From Amoebidium appalachense (taxonomy: Eukaryota > Protista > Ichthyosporea), in contig CAVNZM010000006.1 of assembly GCA_963693365.1 (NCBI GenBank), forward strand, positions 4,240,267 through 4,304,266: 64,000 nucleotides of DNA. Reading direction: 5' to 3'. Below, in pieces: positions 1 to 14,411 of the stretch. A model generated the notes under the pieces. The model had not been told where the DNA came from and did not search any database. It saw nothing but the letters and a program-made list of their open reading frames with translations. Position 1 is the first letter of the stretch. Every line of letters starts with the position of its first letter. The translations under genes were made by a program, and so were the position numbers.

Positions 1-911
1 ATATTCAGTATCACCTCCGACTGCCTGACAGACAGTATCTCGGCCTGCACCCAGCCCTCCTCCATATCCTCGATCCATACCTTGGCCCCCTGCATATCCC
101 ACCAAGTTAGATAACATCTGTGTCCTATTTCTATCTCGACACCTTAGATAACACCTTTACCGCCTATATATCTCACCGTGATAGGTAACACGTTCACCCT
201 AAATATATCTCACAAATAAACATCATTTATCCCCCTGTATACCCTACTGTGCCAGAAAAAATATCGTTGCCCCATATCCCACACCGGTAGAGAGCACCCA
301 AGAGCAGAGCTGAACCGCAGAGACGAAGTCCCCGCCCTACCCCCTTCCCCCCCCCCCCCCCCCCCTCCCCGCCTCACCCCCTTTTCCTCCCTCCCCATCC
401 CCCCCCCTCCCCCCATGTACCCCTGCCCATCTCCTTCTCGGCACCCACTATCCCCTTTTACCCCTCCTTATTCTTCATTCTCTCCCAGACTCCGCACACA
501 TACAATCCCGCACGCTAACACATACACACATCCATACACCCACCAAATGCTCCATACATGTCATCAGATAAGTAGGTCTCCAAAGTGGGCTCTTGCAGAT
601 TGGCATGTGTCAAGGAGTGTGTATGTATTTGTGCTTTTGCCCTCGTGTGTATGCCATAGTGTACGCCATGTGTGTGCGCATCAGTCAGAGCAACATGTGT
701 GAACATGTGTCATGTGCATGGTAATTTTAGGTGTTTGCGCACCTGTATGTACCGCTGTCTTTGTATGTTCGTGCGCTCTTGAGTGTGTGTGTGGGTGGGT
801 GGGTGGGTGGGTGTGTGTGTGGGTGGGTGTGGGTATGTGTGCACACACACGTGGCTGTCAGAGTGTGCTTGTGAGCATGCAGGTGTGGGTGTGGCTAGTA
901 CGGTACATGTG

Positions 912-953
<42 letters not shown>

Positions 954-1075
954 CTGTGTGCGCGCGTGCATGTGTGTGTGCATGTGTGTGCATGTGTGTG
1001 TGTGTGTGTGTGTGCATGCATATGTGTGTGTGTGTGTGTGTGTGCGTGTGCGTGTGCGTGTGCGTGTGCGTGTGC

Positions 1076-1116
<41 letters not shown>

Positions 1117-1211
1117 TGTGCACATTTCATAAGGAAACTCACCTTGGTATACAGCAGCTCGCGGTTCTGCTCATCCAAGTACGAGGGCCCAAGGCCCTTT
1201 ACCTTGGCCAT
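1..1211 (-). CDS. Class V myosin heavy chain, 5' end (gene continues off the left edge)
   Basis: Exon 1211-1143 (MAKVKGLGPSYLDEQNRELLYTK|gtgagt) joins exon 89-1 (cag|GAKVWIEDMEEGWVQAEILSVRQSEVILN) in phase 0. ELLYTK-x-x-KVWI-x-D-x-EE-x-W matches the myosin V N-terminal SH3-like motif (ELYTKxARVWIPDxEEVW). A probable 5'UTR intron lies at 1669-1233 (gtaagc...ctgcag). The motor domain is not in the window. Confidence 0.75.
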
Positions 1212-2259
1212 GGTGCAATGGCAAGCTCCGACCTGCAGGTGGCCAAAATTTTGTCAACTACTCCGAACTATGTGTGGGGAAAGAGATTTCATTATTTTTT
1301 AGGATACCTGATTGCAATCGAACCGTGATTCCCCTTCTCAGCTGTGAAACCTAACAGAATTCAATAGCAAAGTGCTAGTGATGTCAATAGAGAAGGCTCG
1401 TGGTGGTGCAAAGTAGTCTGAATTCTACTTTATTATCGTGCACATGTGATAGGCCCCTAAATCGTGTCTATCGTGTTTTGGTGCTCAGGGTTGGTCGAGT
1501 CCAATATCCATCGAGATTAATTTAGTGCGAGTGTGTATAGTTTTCTGTCCCTGGGTTCTATGTCTGTGTTTTTCTTTTCCACTACAAATGCATGTCCATA
1601 AAAAAAACAGCGTCCGTAGGGCCCCCTCCTTAGTCTTTCTTTTGTCCTCATTCGCAGGTGACAGCTTACCTCGGAGCATGCACGCCCAAACTATAAGTAT
1701 TCTTCAAACGCAGTTCGAGTATTGGCAATAAAAGCACCAGAAAATCGTTGTGTTCGCACTAATTTGGTACACAAAACTACGTTGTGTGACAAGTCAAAGT
1801 GAAGAGACTTGCACGTGAAGTGACAAAATTCTGATGTTTACGAACTGCGAGGAGCCAGAAAGCACGGACCTCCCCGGCGCCTATGCTGATTGGCCAACTA
1901 TTGACTTCCTAGATGCGACGCCCTTTGAGCCGATTGTTGCTCTCAGGCATATACAACACGAAAATGTAGAATTTCCACACGTAAAATTCAAATATTGACA
2001 GTTTTGCAGTGGCTTTTTCTTTTATTTTGGGACATAGTTTTAACGTCATAGATGCGGGAAGCGGCGTATTTAGCATGGATGAATATTTTTGCACCGCTCA
2101 AGATCTAAGATTTAGCTACATATGATTGGCGGTTCATTTGGTCAGAAACTGAATTGATTGGTCGCAATAAACTTACTCATTTTAGGTCCACCACTTGCCA
2201 GCGGCTGCCGAGCCTCAGAGTGGCCCCCCCGGCCCCTCCCTCCCTTTCAGGCTTTTTCT

Positions 2260-2291
<32 letters not shown>

Positions 2292-3382
2292 ACACACACA
2301 CACACACACACGCACGCACTGACTGACACACACACATACGCACACAGATACACACACGTATACGTCCGTATTTACGCACACGCACAGGCACACGCACACA
2401 GACAGACAAGCACACACAGTACAACGGACACAAACGAACGCGCGGACGCACGTGCACGCACGCACATGCACACAGAAACACACATACAGAAGCACACACG
2501 CGCACACGTATACACGCACAAATCACAAACACAACACACGCACACACACACACGTGCACGTGCACACACGGGCACGATATAGATCTCTCTCTCTTCCTCT
2601 CAAACGTGTACGTGACCAAAACCACGTATTTACTATCATTGTGACGTTAACGAAGCTCAGTTACCAATAGCTAAATGCTGCGCCAAGACGTTTCTTCGAA
2701 AAAATTTCACCCGCACTGGGCTTGGCCTCTAACATAGGTGCGGCTCAGAGGTGGCATGCACCAGCGTTGCGTGTGCAGCCTTCAAGTCGTGCACGTGGGG
2801 TGTGTTAACGTTTGTGTGTTGTGTGTGTGTGTACCACGTGTGTGTGTCTGTGCGTCTGTGTGTGGGTGTGTGCGTTTTTGTGCTTGCGCGCCCACACACC
2901 CGCATATGTGCGTGCGTGCATGCGTGTGTGGATATTCGCGTGTGCGTGTGTGTGCATAAATGCTTGCGTGTGCGTGCGTGTTCGATGTGGTACATGCCCG
3001 TGTTGAAACTGGGTTTTCCACACTGTGTATCACTTGCCATACTATTATAGTTGTGTATACGTAGTGTGTGTGCGCGTACGTCATGGTGTATGTCTGTGTG
3101 TTGTCCGTGTGCACGTGTGTGCATGCATGCGTGAGCTTGTGTGCACTTGTGTGTGTGCGTGCACTATCACAAGTTCTGGCCACAGCAGGAAAGCAGCAAG
3201 CTTGCAAAGGACCTCAGAAACTGCACTTTTAGGACTGTGCTGTGGCTGCACTGTGTAGCCAGATATCGCATAATGCATCTTTGCACCTGCAACATTTAGT
3301 CCCATACGAACATAACGTAGGCCTGCCCCCCCTCCCCCCTCCCCTCCCCCCCCCCCCCCCCCCCCCCCCCCCTCCCCTGCAG

Positions 3383-3445
<63 letters not shown>

Positions 3446-4025
3446 GGGCAAGGGTGACATGGGGGGACATACCTGTTCAGAAGGGCGGGGCGGGCCCAGA
3501 GTTCCTACTACCCCCCTCCACCGTCACGTTCAAGATCAAGAATCCCTTATCAGATAACTGTTAACGAGAAGACACGTGATACACGGCTGGCCGACGAGGA
3601 AACTAGCTAGATTGAATGAAGTGTTTCAATAACTAGCTTCCGTGCACTTTAACTTGTATAGCTATGACTCGCTAGATGTAACTCGAAACCCAGTAGACTC
3701 TCTCTCTCTCTCCCTCCCTCCCTCTCTCCCTCCCTCTCTCCCTCCCTCCCTCCCTCCCTCTCCCTCCCTCCCTCCCTCACACACACACACACACACTCTC
3801 TCTCCCTCTCTCTTCCACCTCCCCCCTCCCTCTCTCTCTCTCTCTCCGCCCCGCCCCTCCCTGCCCACGACGCCCTGTCCCTCTATATACCTCCCCTCTC
3901 TGATGCTCCCCCCCTCCCCCCTCCTCCTCTCTCTCTCTCTCTCCCTCTCCACCCCCTCCCCCGCCCGCCCGCCCGCCCGCCCGCCCGCCATTCTCCGTCC
4001 CTCTACCTCCCCTCCTGTCCTTCCC

Positions 4026-4071
<46 letters not shown>

Positions 4072-6729
4072 AGTACGGGCCCCTCCGTCTCCACGTCCCT
4101 GAGGCTCGAGGCCTCGTCATGACGTCACAAAGGTAGGACAGCAAAGCAATATAGCAACTGGGCTCTGGCCCGTCGTCACGGCGTCCTAGATCCGTGTTTG
4201 CCATTGGATAAATGTCATGCATCGTCGACTCCGCACTCGCAGGTCCGCATTGCTGGCCCGATGGGTCGACACGGGCTAAACCGCGAACCATTCATTTCGG
4301 CCCGATGCCTCTGTGGCCATGGTTTTGCGGCCTATCTCCCCAAAACTCTGCTTCGAACCGAAGATGGCCGAAGGGTCAAAGAACCGGCTCGGTTCTCTGC
4401 TCTATGAACAGGCCATGACCCATGAGCCATGGGGACCAGCCCTTCTATACTGAGCCCCCAGACTAGCCAACTCAAGGTCAGACCTCCTGTGTGCTGGGGA
4501 CAGGAGAGGTGGGAGTGTTAGGATAGTGTAGGTTAGCGGGCCACTGGATCCACTTCCCTGTGCTCGGTCATCGCTGGCCTGTGTGCATAAGCGACCCGTA
4601 GCAAGCCGAGTGGCTGGGAGGCAGGTAGCATAGGCTAGACCGTTCAGACGCTGGGGCTGGGCGGTGAAGGTGTGAAAGTGGAGGCAACGGCAAGAATACG
4701 GTTTAGCTTCTACCCCTACAGCTTGGCTTCTACGCGGATGCTTATGATGGAGTACTGAGCTACGACACACGGTCTGGTTCTTCGCCAGCATCCTGAGGTT
4801 GTCGACGACTCCAATGTTCGCTCGCACTTCTTTCAGTCTGTGATGGCGTCGGTGCTTTACTGTTGATATGATGGAGTGTAGTTTTTGCCCAGCACTTGTG
4901 CTTTTGCCTCTCTGAAGTGTAGCATGATGTTTATGTTGATAGAGGGGTAGGTGTAGCTTTCCGGGCTGTGTAGTACTCGGCTAGTGATGGCACCTGACCT
5001 CCTGTCGCACTGCGTGGCGGTGTGGCACGTTGGTTGCACGCTGAAGCCGTTAGCAACTTTTGTCCATGTTTTTGCGACTTCGCCCTGTATGGCACACACT
5101 GGTTGTTTGCTTCAACAGGGTGCTGTATAAGCCCACACTTGCACTTGTAGCTGCAAGGCTGTGGGAGATAAACTGATGCGCCATTCTTTCTCACCATGTT
5201 CTACTGCTTAGTCGTCATCGCGAAACAGAGGTCTACAATTTGCTGCCGGAGTATAGAGGCGTGCAGGGTTGCTGATCATAGGGCGTGTGCCTGAATGTTT
5301 AGACGGTATTTCACTGTTTATGAAAAAACTGTACAGAGCGTCAGGTGTGCCCCTTTGCGTGTACGCTTAGTGTGTGTATGAGTCCAGCATCAAAGTGGTT
5401 GCATGCGTCTGCAAATGTGCTTGGGCGTGGACTTGTGTCCAGAATTTGCTTCGTATACAGCTGCACTGCTTACTCTGCTTGTTCTGTGGGCGCCGAATGC
5501 GTGTCCACACTCCACACGTGGAGAGCACTTGTCTGTAGCCACTCTGATCCTATCCTCCTCCCCTACTTCCACACACACAGCATTACCTACGTGAGTGTGT
5601 GTGTGCACATGGTTTCATGGTCTCGATATACTAAAATTGATACGTTGGATAACTGGGATAGCCACATTCCCTGGACAGTGATCATCACAAGGCGCACCAA
5701 AGGATCATTTTTACTTATGTCCACACATAGCCTTTCGTTCGTGCACAGTTGCCTTGTTCTGTGACTCTGCCTTATTGTTGCACCTGTTTTTATCTCTGTG
5801 TCCATAACATCACTTACAAGTGATGTGTAAATCACAGTGAGGGCAGTGTTCTGCCATGCCTTAGACCCGGTATAAAAGGCCTGTGGTTGTGATACAAAAG
5901 TCTTTGCGGAGGCGGTAGTGAAGAAAAGCCACTGAAAATCATTAAAGGAAAGAATTGGGTAGAATACCAGCTTCTCCTTGTTACACGGACAATTACATAT
6001 TTGTTTTTTTGTTGCATGCAGGTAGCCCCCCTTGGATTCTTGATTTTGAAAAGGGGAGGGGAGTAGTAGTAACTTTGGGTGGTGGCAATGGTGGTGGATG
6101 GTGGGTGTGGGGTTAGCGGGGGGTTGGGGGGGGGGAGGGATTTGGGGGGGCAGGCTGCCATGTGCACGCCCGGATTGTACCAGATATATTATAACTCGGT
6201 ATCAATTAGAATAGCGCTTGATTTAGCAGTGGTTTATATACATTCCCAGGCGAGAACGTAGAAGCTTATAATAGGAGCTCTTGATTACCTGACACTCAGG
6301 CTACGCCATATCATGCTCCCTCGGTCCGCTGTCCCCCATCCCCCCCCCCCCCCCCTCCCTCCCCCCGGGAGACCAGTGTCCAGTCTCCCCATCACGCGCA
6401 AACCAAGTCCTCCTGGATACAATTAGGAGGCCTTGGCGCTCACATACTCGCACACGTAAGCTTCACAAGTTTATTACACGGAAAGCGGACCCTACGTGTA
6501 GTAGACAAAAACTTTGGCCACGGGCATTTATGATCGGTCCTGATCGAGTCTGGTTCAATCCGATTGCCCATATAAGGAAACTAAGAAAAACCGTTTTTGC
6601 GAAACGGGGCCCTACGTCCCTGCATACACGTGTACCACATGTGTGTATATGCACACGAGGTGAACAAACCAGTGATGCACACCTGTACATGTACATGTGG
6701 ATACACTCACCCGCGCCACACACACATAC

Positions 6730-6761
<32 letters not shown>

Positions 6762-6951
6762 CCCGCATACACACACACATACATACAAACACTGCACGGG
6801 GAGAGGGAGGAAGGGGAAGGGGGAGGCCGGGGGGGGGGGGAGGGGAAGGGGGAGGGGGTGTACATTGAGGACGTCGATGCTTACTAACCCCTGCCCCCCC
6901 CCCCCCCCCCCCCCACCTCAACTAGTTCAAGAATCCCTTATTACCACCACT

Positions 6952-6989
<38 letters not shown>

Positions 6990-7559
6990 GAGGGAGAGAG
7001 AGAGGGAAAGAGAAGGAAAAGCAAAAGAAAGAAAGAAAGAAAAAGACAGAAAAAAGCAACACCTCCGGATCCCTCCCCTCCCCCCCCTCGAAAAAAAAAA
7101 TAAAACAAAAAATAAAAGGAAGAAATAACCACCCTTTTCCTTCGAGCAGTTCAATGATTGTGTTTGGAGGGGTGTATAATCGTGTCAAAAGCCGTGTGAG
7201 CGTTTTGATCGATGTGCAATTCTCTCAAACCTCGTTATGTTAAGTCCTCCCCCCCCCCCCCCCCCCCCCTCCTCCCCCCGTGTTTTTTCTCACACACAGC
7301 GATTGTTATTTAGTAGTGTGTTTTGGTTGATGTATGATTATCATCTCCAGCTTTTGATATCCTGCATTTCAGATAGTCAATGGTTAGACTAGTAGTGGGT
7401 ATAATTAATGTGTGCGCGAGCCGTACGTACATACCCACCACAATCTGTTAAACTCAGGCACAATTACACCAAGGCTAGGCCACCCAACTCCCCTCCCTTC
7501 TTGTCATCGCCAACCCCAGCTGAGGGTACCATCACCCGGGGGACGAACTCCATATATAT

Positions 7560-7720
7560 CCCGAAGGCAGGCCACCAATTAAATGCACTGCAGCCCGGCC
7601 CACGAACACCCACACGGCCCGTCTGTTCAAGATGGTCACAGATAAGTCTCCTACGTACCCAATTTGCACCAATTACAATGGGAAAGTCACCCACTATACC
7701 GTTCCTCGGCATGCCACGAA
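7560..7720 (+). mobile_element. Degenerate 3' ORF2 fragment of a LINE (CCHC/zf-RVT-like)
   Basis: One frame reads THTARLFKMVTDKSPTYPICTNYNGKVTHY, resembling the 'RLxKxxxxxSPxCPxC...H' C-terminal zinc knuckle of non-LTR ORF2. It is mutated and has no RT nearby. Confidence 0.35.
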
Positions 7721-8212
7721 TCCCGGTGAAAGCAGCTATCGAAACCCAAATAAACATGTGCACCTCCCCCCAAAGCGACTTTAAAACTAGATGTAGGATG
7801 TCCCATAGGATACTATTCCCAGCACCCCATACAAAACACAAACACAAATACCACAAACAAGCCTAGAGCGCCAGTCACTCGCGGTTGTACAAACAAGCCA
7901 CAACACCTAACTCAAACACCCGGCCCTTCACCTCCCCCCCCCCCCCTCCCCCCCCCCCCCCCCCCCCCCCCTCCCTGCCCCCCTCTCCCTCCCACCCGCA
8001 CACATCTTTCCGGCTTGCCCCAAATGCAGGCACACACACCGCAAAGCAGTGTGTAACCAACAACACTTACACAGACACGTAGCAGCCACCACCACACTAC
8101 ACGAATGAAATACAAAGCGGCATCCCACCACCCCAACCCCCACAGCACCACCACATTACTTCAGACCCCCCTCACCCAAAAGGAAAAATTTCGAAACCGG
8201 ACCCATCTAGAT

Positions 8213-8656
8213 CCACAGTGATTCCACACACACACGGCCAGCCTGCCAGAACTGCCGGCACACACACAGACTCACAATGCGCTGCAAACCACACCTTTTA
8301 GTTCACGAATAGCACTGCCACAACACATGTACAACAACACACATTATTAGGAAGCAACCCAACCCCCCCCACCACCACCACCACCACGCCCGATCATTCA
8401 CACCTATCCCCCGTAAACACAACACACAACACATAGGACATTCCACTACTGTAGATCGACCAATAAGAGCCCGTAGTGACGCCTAGTCTTAGGGTTGGAT
8501 TGGAGGGGAGGAAGTGGTGCCTCCTGCCGGCGTGGCTGGGGTAGTAACCCTGGGCAAAGTGTGTACTGCCGGTGCTGTGTGGTAGACGGTAGTTTCCCTG
8601 GAGGACCTTTGCAGGCCCTCCGGGAACAAAACGTGTTTAAAAAAAAAAAAAAAAAA
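8213..8656 (+). mobile_element. Poly(A)-tailed retroposed insertion (SINE or 5'-truncated LINE 3' end)
   Basis: A18 tail at 8639-8656 preceded by a stem-loop (ttccctggagg...cctccgggaa, 8594-8626). Flanked by the exact 10-bp direct repeat ccatctagat (8203-8212 and 8659-8668), with a 2-nt gap after the tail. Confidence 0.5.
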
Positions 8657-9636
8657 GTCCATCTAGATGAGAACCGTTGAAAACTAGAACAAGCCCCCTA
8701 TCCTCATGTAAATATTACAGTCAGATCGTTCTGCCATGTCTGTTTGACGGGCTCAGCCTGAGAAAGTAGGTATATATAGGTCAGTAGGGGCCGGTACCCA
8801 CAATCGGTTCGAACCGGGACAAAAAAGCTCTATCATTAGTTCATGGTCACGGGATAGCTTTACATCAATTGCTAGACTAAGGTTTGCCGTGGACTACAAT
8901 AATATGCTATTGCTTTTTATTTTCGTTTTTATTTCAAATCCCGCTTTGTTCCCGGGAGGGGGGGGAGGGGGGGGGATAGGGGTCCCTCATGGTGACTACC
9001 GTCTTCCACTAAGCACCAACTCACCCTAGTATTACATTAGGGTCCTAATGGTGCATTCAGCTGACCCAACACACCTTTACCAATCCTAACTACTAATAGT
9101 ACACACTTAGCCCAGGGTGTTTGCCCCAGCCTCGCTAGTGGGGCCCGGGAGCTGCTCCAGGCAGCTCCATTAATAAGCTTCCAACCAAAACCTGCTAATA
9201 AGATTTTAAAAACAGACTCTCGTAACATGTTAAATGTTTCGTTGGTTAAACTACGATGCGGCACGTTTGGTGAATGCCAGACCACGTCACGGTGCTTGCC
9301 AGAAACATGGTGGTGTCTAAGATGGGTATATATGGGTATGGCTTGATAGATATATATGGCGGTGAGCCGCTATTAATATCATTGCCGGCGCGGGCGCCAT
9401 ATCATCCCGGTAGCTCCCCCCCCCCCCCCCCCCCCCTCCAATCCCTTCGTCCGCCTCCTCATCCTTGCCCACTGGCCGGCCCTACTACATACTACTATCC
9501 AGCTGTTCCACAGAGGCCGGGTACATAATCATTATGATCCGAGTCATTTATTTACACAGTGAGCTCCGAGGCGGACACCGCGGCATCACTCACCGCCCTC
9601 GTGAGGTTGCCAGCTCCACGACCGTCACGGTGTTGC

Positions 9637-9684
<48 letters not shown>

Positions 9685-10499
9685 TCCCTCTCCCAACTTT
9701 TCCCCCAGACCCCTCCTCCTGATCTCCCCCCCCCCCCCCCCCCCCCCCCCCGCCCGCCCCCGGGCCCCCCCTCGATCTCCTCCCCCTTCTCCCCCTCCCC
9801 CACCCTCCCCCGGCCGTGCAACCCTTCCTCCTTCTCCCCTACCCCAACCTGCCACGGTAGCCCCTCGCCCTAATTGCTATAGAAGTCGCAAAATGTTACA
9901 ACTCTCAGCAATACTAGTACTGCAGTAAGTGCCTCACTCTCACTACAAATACTGTACTCTCACTATGTGTCGACAGTGTGTCAATTCATTTCACTAAATT
10001 CACTTGCGCCATGGTTGTATTTGATTGGCTCCCAGGAGTAATTTCAGGAGGATCCCCCAAAATCTTAAAATTTTTGGTTTGGTGGGTAAAATTTTTGTTA
10101 CAGGACACGCGTACATACATACATTCGTATTGCTGTCACAGGGCATTTGCATGAATTGGTATTTTATGCAAAATTGGAATGTGTGAAATACTTTTTTGTG
10201 TACACATACCACACGCCTTGTTGATCAGGGTAGAGTCTCAGACCGTAGACTAACTAGAGTACAAGGGCTTTTTGTTGTGGTCTTTGGAGACCATTCTTCA
10301 GGATGCCAATCTTGATAATGTGCCAGATGACGAAAGAGGCTATTGTCACTCTAATTAAAGTTGCTACTAATTCAGCCTCTAAAAACATTACAACATAGTA
10401 GAAAATATCTATCTCTATCAAATTGACCTCATTTTATGTGTGTATGACGGGAAAGAACCGTTCTTGTTACTTAGTGGTGCTGGTAACCTACAAACAGCT

Positions 10500-10620
10500 T
10501 AAGTAGAATAACGACCAATCCACTGGCCGCATGGCGCAAATTCAAATTATTACAGCCAATCAAACGACCCTATGGCGCAAAGGAATGTTCGCCAAATTTT
10601 CAAAAAGGTATATAAAGGCG
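10500..10620 (+). promoter_or_regulatory. Putative core promoter of the YcnI-like gene
   Basis: CCAAT at ~10515 and ~10556 and TATATAAA at ~10609, about 150 nt upstream of ATG 10765. Confidence 0.5.
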
Positions 10621-10764
10621 GATTCATTTTGTTCCATCCCACAGTTACGACAGCTGCGCGACTGACGCCTTCGGCCGTGTTGTGGACTATACAGCTAACC
10701 TACATAAGTAAAGACCATATCAGATCCATAACACAACACAACTTTTGAGCGAGAACCTTCGAGA

Positions 10765-12753
10765 ATGGTCGCCAGTCACACCATGTACGGCTTTGCCGGG
10801 GTTCTGGTGCTTGCCAGCTCCACACTGGGCCACATAGCAGTCATCCCCAGCACCATACCGCCAGCTTCGTCCTCCGTCATGCTTGCACTCCGCATGCCTC
10901 ACGGCGCCCCGGTAAGTGCCCTAGTTTCTATGGCTCATATATAATGGTTTCATGCTGCCTGTCAGTGCATCTGCACGACACGCAGACGGCAGATAATGAA
11001 ACATAATTACCATTTGCATGATATCGATGATGATGATGATACATCATACACACACACGTACCGTGGCACACACGAGCGACATGTAGTCTATTGCATTGAG
11101 TGAGTTTAAAATAAGCTTAAATTGTATGTACATGGTAGTCTATTGCATTGAGTGGGTTTGATATAAACTTAAATTGTATGTACATGCTTCCTCTGACCTC
11201 TCCCACCCTCCCCCTGCCCTTCACATGCAGCGCGCACATGCCCGAGTACACACGCACACACACACACACACACACACATACGCACACACACACACACAAA
11301 CGTTTCTTCTTCTGCTTCTTCTTCTTCTTCTTCTTCTCTCTCTCTCTCACTCTCTTGCCCTCCCCCCCCCCCCCCCCCCCCCTCGCTCTCTCTACACACA
11401 CACGCGTTACGCATGCACACACACGTGTCGTACGCAAACGGTCAATAAATACAGTTGGCAGTGATCATGAGGTGGACATTTGGATACACCTGAATTGCTT
11501 CCGCATTTCCCAAGGACTCGACAACTTGAGTCGAAAAAAAAGGGGGGGGAAAAGAAGACTAATCTAATCAATTAAAAAAAGAAGACCAATCTAATTCAAT
11601 TTTATACCTCCAGAACGCAGGCACCACCAAAGTAATCATCACAATGCCGCCAGGCACATACAACACCAAGCCCGTTCCAACATACAACTTCAACCTCAAC
11701 ATCACAAAGAGGGTGCTAGATCCCCCCGTTGTTGTGCATGGCACATCACAGAATGAGACCGTGGACCAGATCATATGGACGGCAGTGAACGGCTACGAGG
11801 TCCCTACGTGGGCCGTGCAGGATTTCTGTAAGCTTTCCAAACACCTCAGACGACATCTTTTTATCTTGATGAATGTTTTACGATGATTCAGCCTGTACCA
11901 AAAACATTTCCCCGCCTCCCCTCCTATGTACTAGAAATATCCCCCCCCCCCCCCCCCCCCCGCCCGTAACCCCCCCCCCCCCTAAACCCCCCTCTCCCCC
12001 CCCTGCCCGTAGCCCCCCCCCCCCCGTCCCCCCGGTCCTTTCAATGAACACCGAGAAGAAAAACAAGGAGCGGGGGAAACGGGGGGTGGGGCACGAAGGG
12101 ACACGCCACAGCGTGTTTTCAAACGGTTTGTTGCATTTCAAGGGTGCACGAATTGTGTTGGTTTGCTTGCACTAGCCTGTTGGTGGTGTTGTGTTGTCGG
12201 TATTTTTTTTTTTTTCAAAAGTGTTTTCCTTTTTTTGGGGGGGGGGGGGGGGGGGAGGGGGGGGGGGGGGGGGGGGGCGAAGGGAGAGGTGGGGCAGCAA
12301 GTAAAAGAATCGTTTAGTAGGTCAAATCCGATGTTCCACCAAGATGGTAGGCTACCGAAGAACGAACCGTGACTCACCCTTTTTTGCAGTAATCCAAACG
12401 TCTTTTCTCAATGTAACGGGCACTACCCTCTTTAAGTTCTACCAGCAACACTCTGATGGCACGTGGAGAAACTGGACTGCAGGAAATGACACCACTGGGT
12501 ATATATGCGCCCTCCTCCCCTTCTCTTTTCCCACCCCTCACGTGGTGATACAAGAGTACTAATAAACGTGACACTCAACCCCCCCCCCCCCCCCCCCCCC
12601 CTCTCCCCACCACCACCACAACCACACACACATACACCCCTCTTCCGCAATCCATTATCCGCTTTTTTCCCTCCATTCCGCACAAAGTTGAGAGAACTAA
12701 GGTCATAAAAAAAGTGCACTGTATACTGGCACACCTTGCCTCGGACCTTTAAG

Positions 12754-12800
<47 letters not shown>

Positions 12801-12824
12801 ACCACCACCACCACCACCACCACC

Positions 12825-12885
<61 letters not shown>

Positions 12886-13068
12886 CCAAGAACACCCCCT
12901 CCCCCCCCCCCCCCACAAAAAAAAAAAAAAAAAAAAAAAAACCTTTCCGAGTCCCCTGCCACTTACTCTTTATCAATCCCCACTTACACATACCCCCCCC
13001 CCCCCCCCCCTCCCCTCCTCCCGCCCCACCTCCCACCCCGCAACCAACCGCACGCAGGCGCGCGCGCG

Positions 13069-13129
<61 letters not shown>

Positions 13130-14376
13130 TGCCAATGACCGGTGGAGGTGCAGGAGGTCAGGATCCTCATGCCGGCCACAACCACGGCCGCAGAGGTAAG
13201 ATCGTGGTACCACATGATACAGGAAACTGAGCTTTTCCTGAGCATCTAATTATGTAAACACCATTGCCTTTTTATAATAGCAAGGAGATGCCACGGAGCT
13301 TAACCAATTTTAGGCATAGTTGAAAAGGTATGGATATTAACATAGGCGCAGAAAGAGCAAAACCGTGTTTGGGTGAACAGTATGAGGAGGACGGGGTGTG
13401 AGCGGAGGGGTGTGCCGGTGACTGAGTTTAGAGACCGTGGTTGCACTTAAAAGGGAAGGGGGGGCGGGGGCGTTCCCTTTTTGCTTCATGTCCTATCTCT
13501 TCAACAACCCAAGCAATAGCTACTATATTCACTCAGAAACAATCAAGCCTTTCCCCCTTGTGCCAGCATTTTCCTTCCCCACCCCAAAAATGCACACTTC
13601 TACCATCACCCATCCGTCCTCTCTCCTTGTGCAGGTTATGGTAAATATAATCTTGTTTCTACCTAACCTCAACCACCTTGCTCCAGCCACCCCCCCGCAA
13701 TTCCGGAACCCCCTCCCCTCAACATCTCCCCTCAACATCTCCCCCAACTGCCCCACCCCCCTGCACACACAAACACACACACACACATACACACACAAGA
13801 GCTCCCCCCCCCCCCCCCCCCCCCCGTCCCCCCGCAACCTCCCCTTCAACCACGATCACACCCACACACCCATCTATAGCTGCCGAGGGTGAGGATCCAG
13901 CCCCCTCCCTGAAGCTCGCCCCGGTGCCGGCAACCAACAACCAATCAGGGGACTCGATGCCAATGACCGGCAATTCAAGCGACTCCTCGGATTGGTTTGT
14001 GGAACTTACCCCCCCCCCCTCCCCCACCCGCCCGCCCGTCCGCCCGCCCGCCTGCCCCCTCCCCATATAAGCACACACACACTATTCCAAGCTTCCGTAT
14101 TCCAATGCCCACCCTGATGTTTTCGCTTGAACTGCGTGGGGGCACACACAGAAAGTGCACACACACGGTAAGCGCGCACACACATTCCCGGAGAGAATAT
14201 AGTCCTGTTACAGTAAATTTCATGTCATCCTTACATCCATACATAAGAAGTCATGCCCTTAAGCCCCCCTCCCCCCCCCCATCTCCCTCTTCCCCCCAGG
14301 GGCTCCTCCGTACGTGAAGAGCCCTACTGCAAACACTGAAATGTTAACTGCACAGGTACCACTTACTAAACTGACA

Positions 14377-14411
<35 letters not shown>

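Noticed and set aside
100-215. CRISPR-like or regular array (agataacac...tatatctcac units)
   Set aside because: Only ~3 degenerate ~36-bp tandem units with no unique spacers, inside a eukaryotic intron, and no cas genes.
8515-8572. HDV-like ribozyme core (GCC-TCCTGCC-GGC-GTGGCT-GG)
   Set aside because: P3/L3 resembles HDV, but I could not find a matching P2 3' strand, a catalytic C-AA J4/2 after P4, or a nearby G-initiated P1.
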